This document shows positions 1-10,857 of a stretch of 64,000 bases of DNA, piece by piece. Each line of letters opens with the position of its first letter. The first letter of the stretch is position 1. The stretch is from assembly GCF_036507355.1 (NCBI RefSeq), contig NZ_AP027877.1. One strand, written 5' to 3'. The notes below the pieces were generated by a model. It ran no database searches. It was not told where the DNA came from and saw only the letters and a list, made by a program, of their open reading frames with translations. Source of the DNA: Escherichia coli. Lineage in GTDB: Bacteria > Pseudomonadota > Gammaproteobacteria > Enterobacterales > Enterobacteriaceae. The translations under genes and the position numbers were made by a program.

Positions 1-888
1 GGTGAAGAAGCGATTGTGCTGGCGCTGAAAACGCCGAGAAATAGTGATGAGCGGATATGGCTGGGTGATTACGGTAGTCCACTGCGCGACAACGCGTTGA
101 TGCTCTCCTTGCTGGAAGAAAATAAACTGCTACCCGATGAGCAGAACACTTTGCTGAACACGCTTTCGCAGCAGGCATTTGGTGAACGCTGGCTATCGAC
201 CCAGGAAAGTAACGCGTTGTTCCTGGCTGCCCGTACGATTCAGGATTTACCCGGTAAATGGCAGGCGCAAACCTCTTTCTCAGCTGAGCCGCTGACAGGC
301 GAGAAAGCGCAAAACAGTAATCTGAATAGCGATCAACTTGCTACCTTGCAGGTGACCAACAGTGGCGATCAGCCGTTATGGCTGCGTGTGGATGCCAGCG
401 GTTATCCGCAATCCGCACCTTTACCGGCGAACAATGTGCTGCAAATCGAGCGTCATATTCTTGGTACTGATGGTAAGAGCAAATCGCTGGACTCGTTACG
501 TAGCGGCGATCTGGTGCTGGTCTGGTTGCAGGTAAAAGCCAGTAACAGCGTGCCGGACGCGTTAGTCGTGGATCTGCTGCCTGCGGGTCTGGAACTGGAA
601 AACCAGAATCTGGCGAACGGTAGCGCCAGCCTGGAGCAAAGTGGTGGCGAAGTGCAGAACTTACTGAACCAGATGCAGCAGGCGAGTATTAAGCACATTG
701 AGTTCCGTGACGATCGCTTTGTGGCGGCGGTTGCCGTTGATGAATACCAACCGGTAACGCTGGTGTATCTGGCGCGGGCGGTGACGCCGGGAACGTATCA
801 GGTACCGCAACCGATGGTGGAATCAATGTATGTTCCCCAATGGCGGGCGACCGGCGCGGCTGAAGATTTGCTGATTGTCAGACCGTAA
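1..888 (+). CDS. yfhM: alpha-2-macroglobulin family protein YfhM, C-terminal part (5' end lies outside window)
   Basis: Open frame from position 1 (ORF track 16..888); stop TAA abuts pbpC ATG (TAAATG); conserved yfhM-pbpC pairing. Confidence 0.8.
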   Translation, partial: GEEAIVLALKTPRNSDERIWLGDYGSPLRDNALMLSLLEENKLLPDEQNTLLNTLSQQAFGERWLSTQESNALFLAARTIQDLPGKWQAQTSFSAEPLTGEKAQNSNLNSDQLATLQVTNSGDQPLWLRVDASGYPQSAPLPANNVLQIERHILGTDGKSKSLDSLRSGDLVLVWLQVKASNSVPDALVVDLLPAGLELENQNLANGSASLEQSGGEVQNLLNQMQQASIKHIEFRDDRFVAAVAVDEYQPVTLVYLARAVTPGTYQVPQPMVESMYVPQWRATGAAEDLLIVRP

Positions 889-3201
889 ATGCCTCGCTTG
901 TTAACCAAACGCGGCTGCTGGATAACGCTGGCAGCTGCGCCATTTCTCCTTTTTCTTGCAGCGTGGGGAGCAGATAAACTCTGGCCTCTACCGCTGCATG
1001 AAGTCAATCCCGCACGAGTGGTCGTGGCGCAGGATGGTACGCCGCTCTGGCGCTTCGCCGATGCTGACGGCATCTGGCGTTATCCGGTAACAATCGAAGA
1101 TGTTTCTCCACGTTACCTTGAAGCGCTGATCAATTATGAAGATCGCTGGTTCTGGAAGCATCCGGGGGTGAATCCATTCTCGGTGGCGCGCGCAGCATGG
1201 CAAGATCTCACTTCGGGACGGGTTATTTCCGGTGGCAGCACGCTCACTATGCAGGTTGCTCGTCTGCTTGATCCTCACCCCAAAACATTTGGCGGCAAAA
1301 TTCGCCAGCTCTGGCGCGCGTTGCAACTGGAATGGCATCTGTCTAAGCGTGAAATTCTGACCTTGTATCTTAACCGCGCTCCGTTTGGCGGTACGTTGCA
1401 GGGGATCGGTGCGGCAAGTTGGGCTTATCTCGGAAAGTCGCCTGCGAATTTAAGCTATTCCGAGGCGGCAATGCTGGCGGTTTTGCCGCAAGCGCCCAGC
1501 CGTCTTCGCCCGGATCGTTGGCCGGAGCGTGCCGAAGCCGCGCGTAATAAAGTGCTCGAACGGATGGCCGTGCAAGGTGTGTGGTCCCGTGAGCAGGTAA
1601 AAGAGTCAAGGGAAGAACCCATCTGGCTGGCACCCCGACAAATGCCGCAACTGGCACCGCTGTTTTCGCGCATGATGCTCGGTAAAAGCAAAAGCGACAA
1701 AATCGTTACTACGCTGGATGCCGGTCTTCAACGACGTCTGGAAGAACTGGCGCAAAACTGGAAAGGACGTTTACCACCGCGCAGCTCACTGGCGATGATC
1801 GTGGTTGATCATACCGATATGCGTGTTCGCGGCTGGGTGGGATCGGTAGATCTCAACGATGATTCACGCTTTGGTCATGTTGATATGGTCAATGCGATCC
1901 GATCGCCAGGGTCGGTTCTCAAACCGTTTGTTTACGGTCTGGCGCTGGATGAAGGCTTGATCCATCCGGCATCGCTGTTGCAAGACGTCCCCCGGCGCAC
2001 CGGTGATTATCGACCAGGTAACTTTGATAGCGGTTTTCATGGCCCGATCAGCATGAGCGAGGCGCTGGTGCGCTCGCTGAATTTACCTGCTGTGCAGGTG
2101 CTGGAAGCCTATGGACCGAAACGGTTTGCGGCAAAATTACGCAATGTTGGATTGCCGTTGTATCTGCCCAACGGCGCTGCGCCCAATCTTTCGCTCATTC
2201 TCGGCGGTGCTGGTGCAAAACTGGAAGATATGGCGGCAGCGTATACCGCGTTTGCTCGCCACGGCAAGGCAGGCAAATTGCGCTTACAGCCTGACGATCC
2301 GCTGCTTGAACGGCCTTTAATGTCGTCGGGGGCTGCGTGGATCATTCGCCGGATTATGGCTGATGAAGCGCAACCCTTGCCGGATGGTGCCTTGCCGCGC
2401 GTCGCTCCACTGGCATGGAAAACGGGCACCAGCTATGGCTATCGTGACGCTTGGGCGATTGGGGTTAACGCTCGTTATGTCATTGGGATCTGGACTGGCA
2501 GACCGGACGGCACGCCCGTTGTTGGTCAGTTTGGTTTTGCCAGCGCCGTACCATTGTTGAATCAGGTCAATAATATCTTACTGTCGCGCAGTGCTAATCT
2601 GCCGGAAGACCCGCGCCCGAACTCAGTCACTCGTGGCGTTATCTGCTGGCCGGGCGGACAGTCTTTGCCGGAAGGTGACGGTAACTGTCGCCGCCGCCTG
2701 GCAACCTGGCTGCTGGACGGGAGTCAGCCGCCAACTCTATTACTGCCGGAGCAGGAAGGCATTAATGGCATTCGTTTCCCCATCTGGCTGGATGAAAATG
2801 GCAAACGTGTTGCCGCTGATTGCCCGCAAGCGCGACAAGAAATGATAAATGTCTGGCCGCTACCGCTGGAACCCTGGTTGCCCGCATCAGAACGTCGCGC
2901 TGTGCGCTTACCACCGGCCTCGACAATTTGCCCGCCATACGGTCACGATGCCCAGCTCCCGCTGCAGCTGACAGGCGTTCGCGATGGCGAGATTATTAAA
3001 CGTTTACCGGGCGCAGCGGAAGCGACTTTGCCGTTGCAATCAAGTGGAGGGGCAGGTGAACGCTGGTGGTTTCTGAATGGCGAACCGTTAACTGAACGCG
3101 GGCGCAACGTGACCCTGCATTTGACGGATAAAGGTGATTATCAATTGCTGGTGATGGATGACGTAGGGCAAATCGCGACAGTGAAATTTGTCATGCAATA
3201 G
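889..3201 (+). CDS. pbpC: penicillin-binding protein 1C (peptidoglycan glycosyltransferase/transpeptidase)
   Basis: 770 aa ORF; N-terminal TM segment, transglycosylase-like N-domain, PBP transpeptidase motifs; synteny with yfhM and ndk. Confidence 0.9.
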   Translation: MPRLLTKRGCWITLAAAPFLLFLAAWGADKLWPLPLHEVNPARVVVAQDGTPLWRFADADGIWRYPVTIEDVSPRYLEALINYEDRWFWKHPGVNPFSVARAAWQDLTSGRVISGGSTLTMQVARLLDPHPKTFGGKIRQLWRALQLEWHLSKREILTLYLNRAPFGGTLQGIGAASWAYLGKSPANLSYSEAAMLAVLPQAPSRLRPDRWPERAEAARNKVLERMAVQGVWSREQVKESREEPIWLAPRQMPQLAPLFSRMMLGKSKSDKIVTTLDAGLQRRLEELAQNWKGRLPPRSSLAMIVVDHTDMRVRGWVGSVDLNDDSRFGHVDMVNAIRSPGSVLKPFVYGLALDEGLIHPASLLQDVPRRTGDYRPGNFDSGFHGPISMSEALVRSLNLPAVQVLEAYGPKRFAAKLRNVGLPLYLPNGAAPNLSLILGGAGAKLEDMAAAYTAFARHGKAGKLRLQPDDPLLERPLMSSGAAWIIRRIMADEAQPLPDGALPRVAPLAWKTGTSYGYRDAWAIGVNARYVIGIWTGRPDGTPVVGQFGFASAVPLLNQVNNILLSRSANLPEDPRPNSVTRGVICWPGGQSLPEGDGNCRRRLATWLLDGSQPPTLLLPEQEGINGIRFPIWLDENGKRVAADCPQARQEMINVWPLPLEPWLPASERRAVRLPPASTICPPYGHDAQLPLQLTGVRDGEIIKRLPGAAEATLPLQSSGGAGERWWFLNGEPLTERGRNVTLHLTDKGDYQLLVMDDVGQIATVKFVMQ

Positions 3202-3349
3202 TCTGTTTTGTCCCTGATTGTTGCTTAAACTAGGTTTATTTTAAAAAAATGTTACCTTCATCAATAGTCAACGGCTCTGTTGCTCATTATAATCCGCGCC
3301 ATCTCGTACGCTGGTACAGACAACAACAGAACAATTTACAGAGGTAAAA

Positions 3350-3781
3350 ATGGCTATTGAACGTACTTTTTCCATTATCAAACCGAACGCGGTAGCAAAA
3401 AACGTCATTGGTAATATCTTTGCGCGCTTTGAAGCTGCAGGGTTCAAAATTGTCGGCACCAAAATGCTGCACCTGACCGTTGAACAGGCTCGTGGCTTTT
3501 ATGCTGAACACGATGGAAAACCGTTCTTTGATGGTCTGGTTGAATTCATGACCTCTGGCCCGATCGTGGTTTCCGTGCTGGAAGGTGAAAACGCCGTTCA
3601 GCGTCACCGCGATCTGCTGGGCGCGACCAATCCGGCAAACGCACTGGCCGGTACTCTGCGCGCTGATTACGCTGATAGCCTGACCGAAAATGGTACCCAC
3701 GGTTCTGACTCCGTCGAATCTGCCGCTCGCGAAATCGCTTATTTCTTCGGCGAAGGCGAAGTGTGCCCGCGCACCCGTTAA
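3350..3781 (+). CDS. ndk: nucleoside diphosphate kinase
   Basis: 143 aa [18 protein letters not shown]... with NGTHGSDS active-site His region; RBS GAGG upstream. Confidence 0.95.
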
Positions 3782-3844
3782 TAATTTCGTAAATGCCGCG
3801 TGCAAACGTGGCATCCGTGCGCCAGAATTTGTACAATGCAGCGC

Positions 3845-3884
3845 CCCCGGACGAGCAGCCGCTCACCGGGGCGTTTCTTTTTTC
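3845..3884 (+). terminator. Rho-independent terminator downstream of ndk
   Basis: GC stem CCCCGG...CCGGGG with inner GAGC/GCTC helix followed by TTTCTTTTTT. Confidence 0.7.
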
Positions 3885-3930
3885 AACCCTCCAGGGGCCA
3901 TAACGTGTAATAACGAGGCCGGAATAGCAT

Positions 3931-5085
3931 ATGTCTGAACAATTAGTCACACCTGAAAACGTCACCACGAAAGATGGAAAAATCAACCTGCTGGATCTCA
4001 ACCGTCAGCAGATGCGGGAGTTTTTTAAAGATTTAGGTGAAAAACCCTTCCGCGCCGATCAGGTGATGAAGTGGATGTATCACTATTGCTGCGACAACTT
4101 TGATGAGATGACCGACATCAACAAAGTGTTGCGCGGCAAACTGAAAGAGGTGGCGGAGATCCGCGCACCGGAAGTGGTTGAAGAACAGCGTTCATCTGAC
4201 GGCACCATTAAATGGGCGATCGCCGTAGGCGATCAGCGCGTCGAAACGGTGTATATCCCGGAAGACGACCGTGCCACGCTCTGCGTCTCTTCGCAGGTGG
4301 GGTGTGCGCTGGAGTGTAAATTCTGTTCCACCGCCCAGCAGGGCTTTAACCGCAACCTGCGGGTGTCGGAAATTATCGGCCAGGTGTGGCGTGCGGCGAA
4401 AATCGTCGGTGCAGCAAAAGTCACCGGTCAGCGCCCAATCACTAACGTAGTGATGATGGGCATGGGCGAGCCGCTGCTCAACCTGAACAACGTCGTTCCG
4501 GCGATGGAAATCATGCTTGATGATTTCGGTTTTGGCCTGTCTAAACGTCGCGTCACGCTTTCCACTTCCGGTGTAGTTCCGGCGCTGGATAAACTGGGCG
4601 ATATGATCGACGTTGCACTGGCAATTTCCCTGCACGCGCCGAACGACGAAATTCGTGACGAAATTGTGCCGATCAACAAAAAGTACAATATCGAAACGTT
4701 CCTTGCTGCGGTGCGCCGTTATCTGGAGAAATCCAACGCCAATCAGGGCCGAGTCACTATTGAATACGTGATGCTTGACCACGTTAACGACGGCACTGAA
4801 CACGCGCACCAACTGGCGGAACTGCTGAAAGATACGCCGTGTAAGATCAACCTGATCCCGTGGAACCCGTTCCCGGGTGCGCCGTATGGACGCAGCTCGA
4901 ACAGCCGTATCGACCGTTTCTCAAAAGTGCTGATGAGCTACGGTTTCACCACTATTGTGCGTAAAACTCGTGGTGATGATATCGATGCTGCCTGTGGTCA
5001 GTTGGCGGGCGATGTTATCGACCGTACGAAACGTACCCTGCGTAAACGGATGCAGGGTGAAGCCATCGACATTAAAGCGGTCTGA
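3931..5085 (+). CDS. rlmN: 23S rRNA m2A2503 / tRNA m2A37 methyltransferase (radical SAM)
   Basis: 384 aa; radical-SAM CxxxCxxC motif ([10 protein letters not shown]); synteny. Confidence 0.95.
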
Positions 5086-5090
5086 TAGCC

Positions 5091-5132
5091 ATTACGCCAC
5101 GGTTACTTTATGTACCGTGGCGTAATGTTTTA
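5091..5132 (+). terminator. Rho-independent terminator downstream of rlmN
   Basis: 12-bp perfect stem ATTACGCCACGG / CCGTGGCGTAAT followed by GTTTTAT. Confidence 0.7.
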
Positions 5133-5369
5133 TGAATGAAGTATTAAGTTGCAATTGTCTGGTCAATATTAACGGTGCGTTTTTGCTGACTTTAAGGCAG
5201 TATGTAACGATGCAACAGTAAGTTAGCCTTAGTGAATGTGAGCTTTGTCACGAGCACACAGACGGTCTTATACTGTATGATAACGGTTAACTTAACGGAT
5301 GTTTCGCGGTGTGGGTGAGCATGATGGTTCACCGGCATCTCAATTCTCATTTAAACGTACCTGCAGCGA

Positions 5370-6383
5370 ATGAATACTGAAGCCACGCACGACCAAAATG
5401 AAGCACTTACTACCGGCGCTCGCCTGCGTAATGCTCGCGAACAACTAGGACTTAGTCAGCAGGCCGTTGCCGAGCGACTTTGCCTGAAGGTTTCCACGGT
5501 ACGCGACATTGAAGAAGATAAGGCACCCGCCGATCTTGCTTCAACATTCCTGCGCGGATATATCCGCTCTTATGCGCGTCTGGTACATATTCCAGAAGAA
5601 GAACTGCTGCCAGGGCTGGAAAAGCAGGCTCCACTACGGGCTGCAAAAGTTGCGCCGATGCAGAGTTTTTCCCTCGGTAAACGCCGCAAAAAACGCGACG
5701 GCTGGCTGATGACCTTCACCTGGCTGGTGTTGTTTGTGGTTATCGGCCTGAGCGGTGCCTGGTGGTGGCAAGACCACAAAGCTCAGCAGGAAGAGATCAC
5801 CACTATGGCCGATCAATCTTCGGCGGAACTGAGCAGTAATAGCGAGCAGGGGCAGAGTGTTCCGTTAAATACGTCGACAACTACAGACCCGGCTACAACG
5901 TCCACGCCGCCAGCGTCTGTGGATACTACCGCAACCAACACGCAAACACCTGCCGTAACTGCGCCAGCACCAGCTGTTGATCCGCAACAGAATGCGGTTG
6001 TTTCGCCTTCGCAGGCAAATGTTGATACCGCCGCGACCCCGGCACCAACGGCAGCAACAACGCCAGATGGTGCTGCGCCGTTGCCAACCGATCAGGCTGG
6101 CGTGACCACGCCGGTGGCTGATCCGAATGCGCTGGTGATGAACTTTACTGCCGATTGCTGGCTGGAGGTCACTGATGCTACCGGTAAAAAATTGTTTAGC
6201 GGTATGCAGCGTAAAGACGGTAATTTGAACTTAACCGGCCAGGCACCGTACAAACTGAAAATTGGTGCGCCAGCCGCAGTACAGATCCAGTATCAAGGGA
6301 AACCTGTCGATCTGAGTCGTTTTATCAGAACTAACCAGGTTGCGCGTCTGACCCTCAATGCCGAACAATCACCGGCGCAGTAA
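5370..6383 (+). CDS. rodZ: cytoskeleton protein RodZ (HTH, single TM, Pro/Thr/Ala-rich linker)
   Basis: 337 aa; N-terminal HTH ([21 protein letters not shown]), TM helix, low-complexity P/T/A linker. Confidence 0.9.
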   Translation: MNTEATHDQNEALTTGARLRNAREQLGLSQQAVAERLCLKVSTVRDIEEDKAPADLASTFLRGYIRSYARLVHIPEEELLPGLEKQAPLRAAKVAPMQSFSLGKRRKKRDGWLMTFTWLVLFVVIGLSGAWWWQDHKAQQEEITTMADQSSAELSSNSEQGQSVPLNTSTTTDPATTSTPPASVDTTATNTQTPAVTAPAPAVDPQQNAVVSPSQANVDTAATPAPTAATTPDGAAPLPTDQAGVTTPVADPNALVMNFTADCWLEVTDATGKKLFSGMQRKDGNLNLTGQAPYKLKIGAPAAVQIQYQGKPVDLSRFIRTNQVARLTLNAEQSPAQ

Positions 6384-6409
6384 CAGACGGGTAACGCGGG
6401 AGATTTTTC

Positions 6410-7528
6410 ATGCATAACCAGGCTCCAATTCAACGTAGAAAATCAACACGTATTTACGTTGGGAATGTGCCGATTGGCGATGGTGCTCCCATCGCCGTAC
6501 AGTCCATGACCAATACGCGTACGACAGATGTCGAAGCAACGGTCAATCAAATCAAGGCGCTGGAACGCGTTGGCGCTGATATCGTCCGTGTCTCCGTACC
6601 GACGATGGACGCGGCAGAAGCGTTCAAACTCATCAAACAGCAGGTTAACGTGCCGCTGGTGGCTGACATCCACTTCGACTATCGCATTGCGCTGAAAGTA
6701 GCGGAATACGGCGTCGATTGTCTGCGTATTAACCCTGGCAATATCGGTAATGAAGAGCGTATTCGCATGGTGGTTGACTGTGCGCGCGATAAAAACATTC
6801 CGATCCGTATTGGCGTTAACGCCGGATCGCTGGAAAAAGATCTGCAAGAAAAGTATGGCGAACCGACGCCGCAGGCGTTGCTGGAATCCGCCATGCGCCA
6901 TGTTGATCATCTCGATCGCCTGAACTTCGATCAGTTCAAAGTCAGCGTGAAAGCGTCTGACGTCTTCCTCGCTGTTGAGTCTTATCGTTTGCTGGCAAAA
7001 CAAATCGATCAGCCGTTGCATCTGGGGATCACCGAAGCCGGTGGTGCGCGCAGCGGGGCAGTAAAATCCGCCATTGGTTTAGGTCTGCTGCTGTCTGAAG
7101 GCATCGGCGACACGCTGCGCGTATCACTGGCGGCCGATCCGGTCGAAGAGATCAAAGTCGGTTTCGATATTTTGAAATCGCTTCGTATCCGTTCGCGAGG
7201 TATCAACTTCATCGCCTGTCCGACCTGTTCGCGTCAGGAGTTTGATGTTATCGGTACGGTTAACGCGCTGGAGCAACGCCTGGAAGATATCATCACTCCG
7301 ATGGACGTTTCGATTATCGGCTGCGTGGTGAATGGCCCAGGTGAGGCGCTGGTTTCTACACTCGGCGTCACCGGCGGCAACAAGAAAAGCGGCCTCTATG
7401 AAGATGGCGTGCGCAAAGACCGTCTGGACAACAACGATATGATCGACCAGCTGGAAGCACGCATTCGTGCGAAAGCCAGTCAGCTGGACGAAGCGCGTCG
7501 AATTGACGTTCAGCAGGTCGAAAAATAA
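6410..7528 (+). CDS. ispG: 4-hydroxy-3-methylbut-2-enyl diphosphate synthase
   Basis: 372 aa; conserved GcpE sequence incl. Cys cluster CPTCSR...GCVVNGPGE. Confidence 0.95.
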
Positions 7529-7529
7529 T

Positions 7530-7620
7530 AACGTGATGGGAAGCGCCTCGCTTCCCGTGTATGATTGAACCCGCATAGCTCCCGAAACATTGAGGGAAGC
7601 GTTGAGGGTTCATTTTTATA
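7530..7620 (+). ncRNA. sroE: candidate 3'UTR-derived small RNA in ispG-hisS spacer (SroE-like)
   Basis: Two hairpins (GGGAAGCG-CCT-CGCTTCCC; GAACCC...GGGTTC + ATTTTTAT) directly after ispG stop; location matches what I recall for SroE; not verified. Confidence 0.45.
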
Positions 7621-7638
7621 TTCAGAAAGAGAATAAAC

Positions 7639-8913
7639 GTGGCAAAAAACATTCAAGCCATTCGCGGCATGAACGATTACCTGCCTGGCGAAACGGCCAT
7701 CTGGCAGCGCATTGAAGGCACACTGAAAAACGTGCTCGGCAGCTACGGTTACAGTGAAATCCGCTTGCCGATTGTAGAGCAGACCCCGCTATTCAAACGT
7801 GCGATTGGTGAAGTCACCGACGTGGTTGAAAAAGAGATGTACACCTTTGAGGATCGCAATGGCGACAGCCTGACTCTGCGCCCTGAAGGGACGGCGGGCT
7901 GTGTACGCGCCGGCATCGAGCATGGTCTTCTGTACAATCAGGAACAGCGTCTGTGGTATATCGGGCCGATGTTCCGTCACGAGCGTCCGCAGAAAGGGCG
8001 TTATCGTCAGTTCCATCAGTTGGGCTGCGAAGTTTTCGGTCTGCAAGGTCCGGATATCGACGCTGAACTGATTATGCTCACTGCCCGCTGGTGGCGCGCG
8101 CTGGGTATTTCCGAGCACGTAACTCTTGAGCTGAACTCTATCGGTTCGCTGGAAGCACGCGCCAATTACCGCGATGCGCTGGTGGCATTCCTTGAGCAGC
8201 ATAAAGAAAAGCTGGACGAAGACTGCAAACGCCGCATGTACACTAACCCGCTGCGCGTGCTGGATTCAAAAAATCCAGAAGTGCAGGCGCTTCTCAACGA
8301 CGCTCCGGCATTAGGCGATTATCTGGACGAGGAATCTCGTGAGCATTTTGCCGGTCTGTGCAAACTGCTTGAGAACGCGGGGATCGCTTACACCGTAAAC
8401 CAGCGTCTGGTGCGTGGTCTGGATTACTATAACCGTACCGTTTTCGAGTGGGTGACTAACAGTCTCGGCTCCCAGGGCACCGTGTGTGCAGGCGGTCGTT
8501 ATGACGGTCTTGTGGAACAACTGGGCGGTCGTGCAACACCGGCTGTCGGTTTTGCGATGGGCCTCGAACGTCTTGTATTGTTAGTACAGGCCGTTAATCC
8601 GGAATTTAAAGCCGATCCTGTTGTCGATATATACCTGGTGGCTTCAGGTGCTGATACACAATCTGCGGCTATGGCATTAGCTGAGCGTCTGCGTGATGAA
8701 TTACCGGGCGTGAAATTGATGACCAACCACGGCGGCGGCAACTTTAAGAAACAGTTTGCCCGTGCTGATAAATGGGGTGCCCGCGTTGCTGTGGTGCTGG
8801 GTGAGTCTGAAGTGGCTAACGGCACAGCAGTAGTGAAGGATTTGCGCTCTGGTGAGCAAACGGCAGTTGCGCAGGATAGCGTAGCCGCGCATTTGCGCAC
8901 GTTACTGGGTTAA
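7639..8913 (+). CDS. hisS: histidine--tRNA ligase
   Basis: 424 aa; GTG start; class II aaRS motifs. Confidence 0.95.
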   Translation: MAKNIQAIRGMNDYLPGETAIWQRIEGTLKNVLGSYGYSEIRLPIVEQTPLFKRAIGEVTDVVEKEMYTFEDRNGDSLTLRPEGTAGCVRAGIEHGLLYNQEQRLWYIGPMFRHERPQKGRYRQFHQLGCEVFGLQGPDIDAELIMLTARWWRALGISEHVTLELNSIGSLEARANYRDALVAFLEQHKEKLDEDCKRRMYTNPLRVLDSKNPEVQALLNDAPALGDYLDEESREHFAGLCKLLENAGIAYTVNQRLVRGLDYYNRTVFEWVTNSLGSQGTVCAGGRYDGLVEQLGGRATPAVGFAMGLERLVLLVQAVNPEFKADPVVDIYLVASGADTQSAAMALAERLRDELPGVKLMTNHGGGNFKKQFARADKWGARVAVVLGESEVANGTAVVKDLRSGEQTAVAQDSVAAHLRTLLG

Positions 8914-8930
8914 GGAAGGAGAAGGACAGC

Positions 8931-9551
8931 GTGGAAATTTACGAGAACGAAAACGACCAGGTAGAAGCGGTTAAACGCTTTTTTGCTGAAAATGGCAAAG
9001 CACTGGCTGTTGGGGTGATTTTGGGCGTTGGCGCACTAATTGGCTGGCGCTACTGGAACAGCCATCAGGTTGATTCTGCACGCTCCGCTTCTCTTGCCTA
9101 TCAAAATGCGGTTACCGCAGTGAGCGAAGGCAAACCGGATAGCATCCCGGCGGCGGAAAAATTTGCTGCTGAAAATAAAAATACTTATGGTGCGCTGGCT
9201 TCTTTGGAACTTGCGCAGCAATTTGTTGACAAAAATGAACTAGAGAAAGCTGCCGCCCAGTTACAACAGGGGCTGGCAGACACGAGCGATGAAAATCTCA
9301 AAGCCGTGATAAATCTGCGTCTTGCTCGCGTTCAGGTACAGCTCAAGCAGGCTGATGCCGCGCTGAAAACCCTTGATACCATCAAAGGTGAAGGGTGGGC
9401 TGCCATTGTTGCCGACCTGCGTGGTGAAGCATTGCTGAGCAAAGGTGATAAGCAAGGTGCGCGTAGTGCATGGGAAGCAGGCGTGAAAAGCGATGTTACT
9501 CCGGCACTGAGCGAAATGATGCAGATGAAAATTAATAATTTGTCCATCTGA
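8931..9551 (+). CDS. yfgM: ancillary SecYEG translocon subunit / TPR-like membrane protein YfgM
   Basis: 206 aa; GTG start; N-terminal TM then TPR-like helices; synteny hisS-yfgM-bamB. Confidence 0.85.
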   Translation: MEIYENENDQVEAVKRFFAENGKALAVGVILGVGALIGWRYWNSHQVDSARSASLAYQNAVTAVSEGKPDSIPAAEKFAAENKNTYGALASLELAQQFVDKNELEKAAAQLQQGLADTSDENLKAVINLRLARVQVQLKQADAALKTLDTIKGEGWAAIVADLRGEALLSKGDKQGARSAWEAGVKSDVTPALSEMMQMKINNLSI

Positions 9552-9561
9552 GAGGGACCCG

Positions 9562-10740
9562 ATGCAATTGCGTAAATTACTGCTGCCAGGACTGCTTTCC
9601 GTTACCCTTTTAAGCGGCTGTTCGCTGTTTAACAGCGAAGAAGATGTGGTAAAGATGTCCCCATTGCCAACCGTTGAAAACCAGTTTACGCCGACCACGG
9701 CGTGGAGCACTTCCGTTGGTAGCGGCATTGGCAACTTCTATTCCAATCTTCATCCGGCACTGGCGGACAACGTTGTCTATGCAGCGGACCGCGCTGGTTT
9801 AGTAAAAGCGCTGAATGCGGATGATGGCAAAGAAATCTGGTCTGTCAGCCTGGCCGAGAAAGATGGCTGGTTCTCTAAAGAGCCTGCATTACTTTCTGGC
9901 GGTGTGACCGTGTCTGGTGGACATGTCTACATTGGCAGCGAAAAGGCGCAGGTTTACGCGCTGAATACCAGCGATGGTACTGTGGCATGGCAAACTAAAG
10001 TCGCGGGTGAAGCACTTTCGCGCCCGGTGGTCAGCGACGGTCTGGTGTTAATCCACACCAGTAACGGTCAGTTACAAGCGCTGAACGAAGCTGACGGCGC
10101 TGTCAAATGGACAGTTAACCTCGATATGCCTTCGCTCTCTTTGCGTGGCGAGTCTGCGCCGGCAACGGCTTTTGGTGCGGCCGTCGTGGGGGGCGATAAT
10201 GGTCGCGTCAGCGCAGTGCTGATGGAACAGGGCCAGATGATTTGGCAGCAGCGTATTTCCCAGGCGACCGGTTCTACCGAAATTGACCGTCTGAGCGATG
10301 TTGACACGACTCCCGTCGTTGTTAACGGCGTTGTTTTCGCGCTGGCCTATAATGGTAACCTGACGGCGCTTGATCTGCGCAGTGGTCAGATTATGTGGAA
10401 ACGCGAACTGGGTTCGGTGAATGATTTCATCGTCGACGGCAATCGCATCTATCTGGTCGATCAAAATGACCGGGTGATGGCGTTGACCATTGATGGCGGC
10501 GTTACGCTGTGGACACAAAGCGATCTGCTGCATCGCCTGCTGACTTCTCCGGTGCTGTATAATGGCAACCTGGTGGTCGGTGACAGTGAAGGTTATTTGC
10601 ACTGGATTAACGTCGAAGATGGTCGTTTCGTTGCCCAGCAAAAAGTTGATAGTTCCGGTTTCCAGACTGAACCGGTTGCCGCTGACGGCAAACTGCTGAT
10701 CCAGGCAAAAGACGGAACCGTGTACTCTATTACACGTTAA
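9562..10740 (+). CDS. bamB: outer membrane protein assembly factor BamB (PQQ-like beta-propeller lipoprotein)
   Basis: 392 aa; lipobox LLSGC; repeated beta-propeller blades. Confidence 0.95.
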   Translation: MQLRKLLLPGLLSVTLLSGCSLFNSEEDVVKMSPLPTVENQFTPTTAWSTSVGSGIGNFYSNLHPALADNVVYAADRAGLVKALNADDGKEIWSVSLAEKDGWFSKEPALLSGGVTVSGGHVYIGSEKAQVYALNTSDGTVAWQTKVAGEALSRPVVSDGLVLIHTSNGQLQALNEADGAVKWTVNLDMPSLSLRGESAPATAFGAAVVGGDNGRVSAVLMEQGQMIWQQRISQATGSTEIDRLSDVDTTPVVVNGVVFALAYNGNLTALDLRSGQIMWKRELGSVNDFIVDGNRIYLVDQNDRVMALTIDGGVTLWTQSDLLHRLLTSPVLYNGNLVVGDSEGYLHWINVEDGRFVAQQKVDSSGFQTEPVAADGKLLIQAKDGTVYSITR

Positions 10741-10761
10741 TCGTCTCTGTCGTTCACTTTG

Positions 10762-10798
10762 AAAACGGCTCCTGGACAGGGGCCGTTTTCCTGTTTTT
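10762..10798 (+). terminator. probable terminator after bamB
   Basis: Stem AAAACGGC...GCCGTTTT followed by TTTTCCTGTTTTT. Confidence 0.55.
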
Positions 10799-10857
10799 AA
10801 CAACGACGCGAATATAGCGTGCGTTGTCTGATGATTTATAAAAATGAGGCTTTAAAC

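Noticed and set aside
5800-6120. Pro/Thr/Ala-rich low-complexity stretch in rodZ as a possible repeat or foreign insert
   Set aside because: This is the native periplasmic linker of RodZ; frame is continuous and the flanking domains are intact
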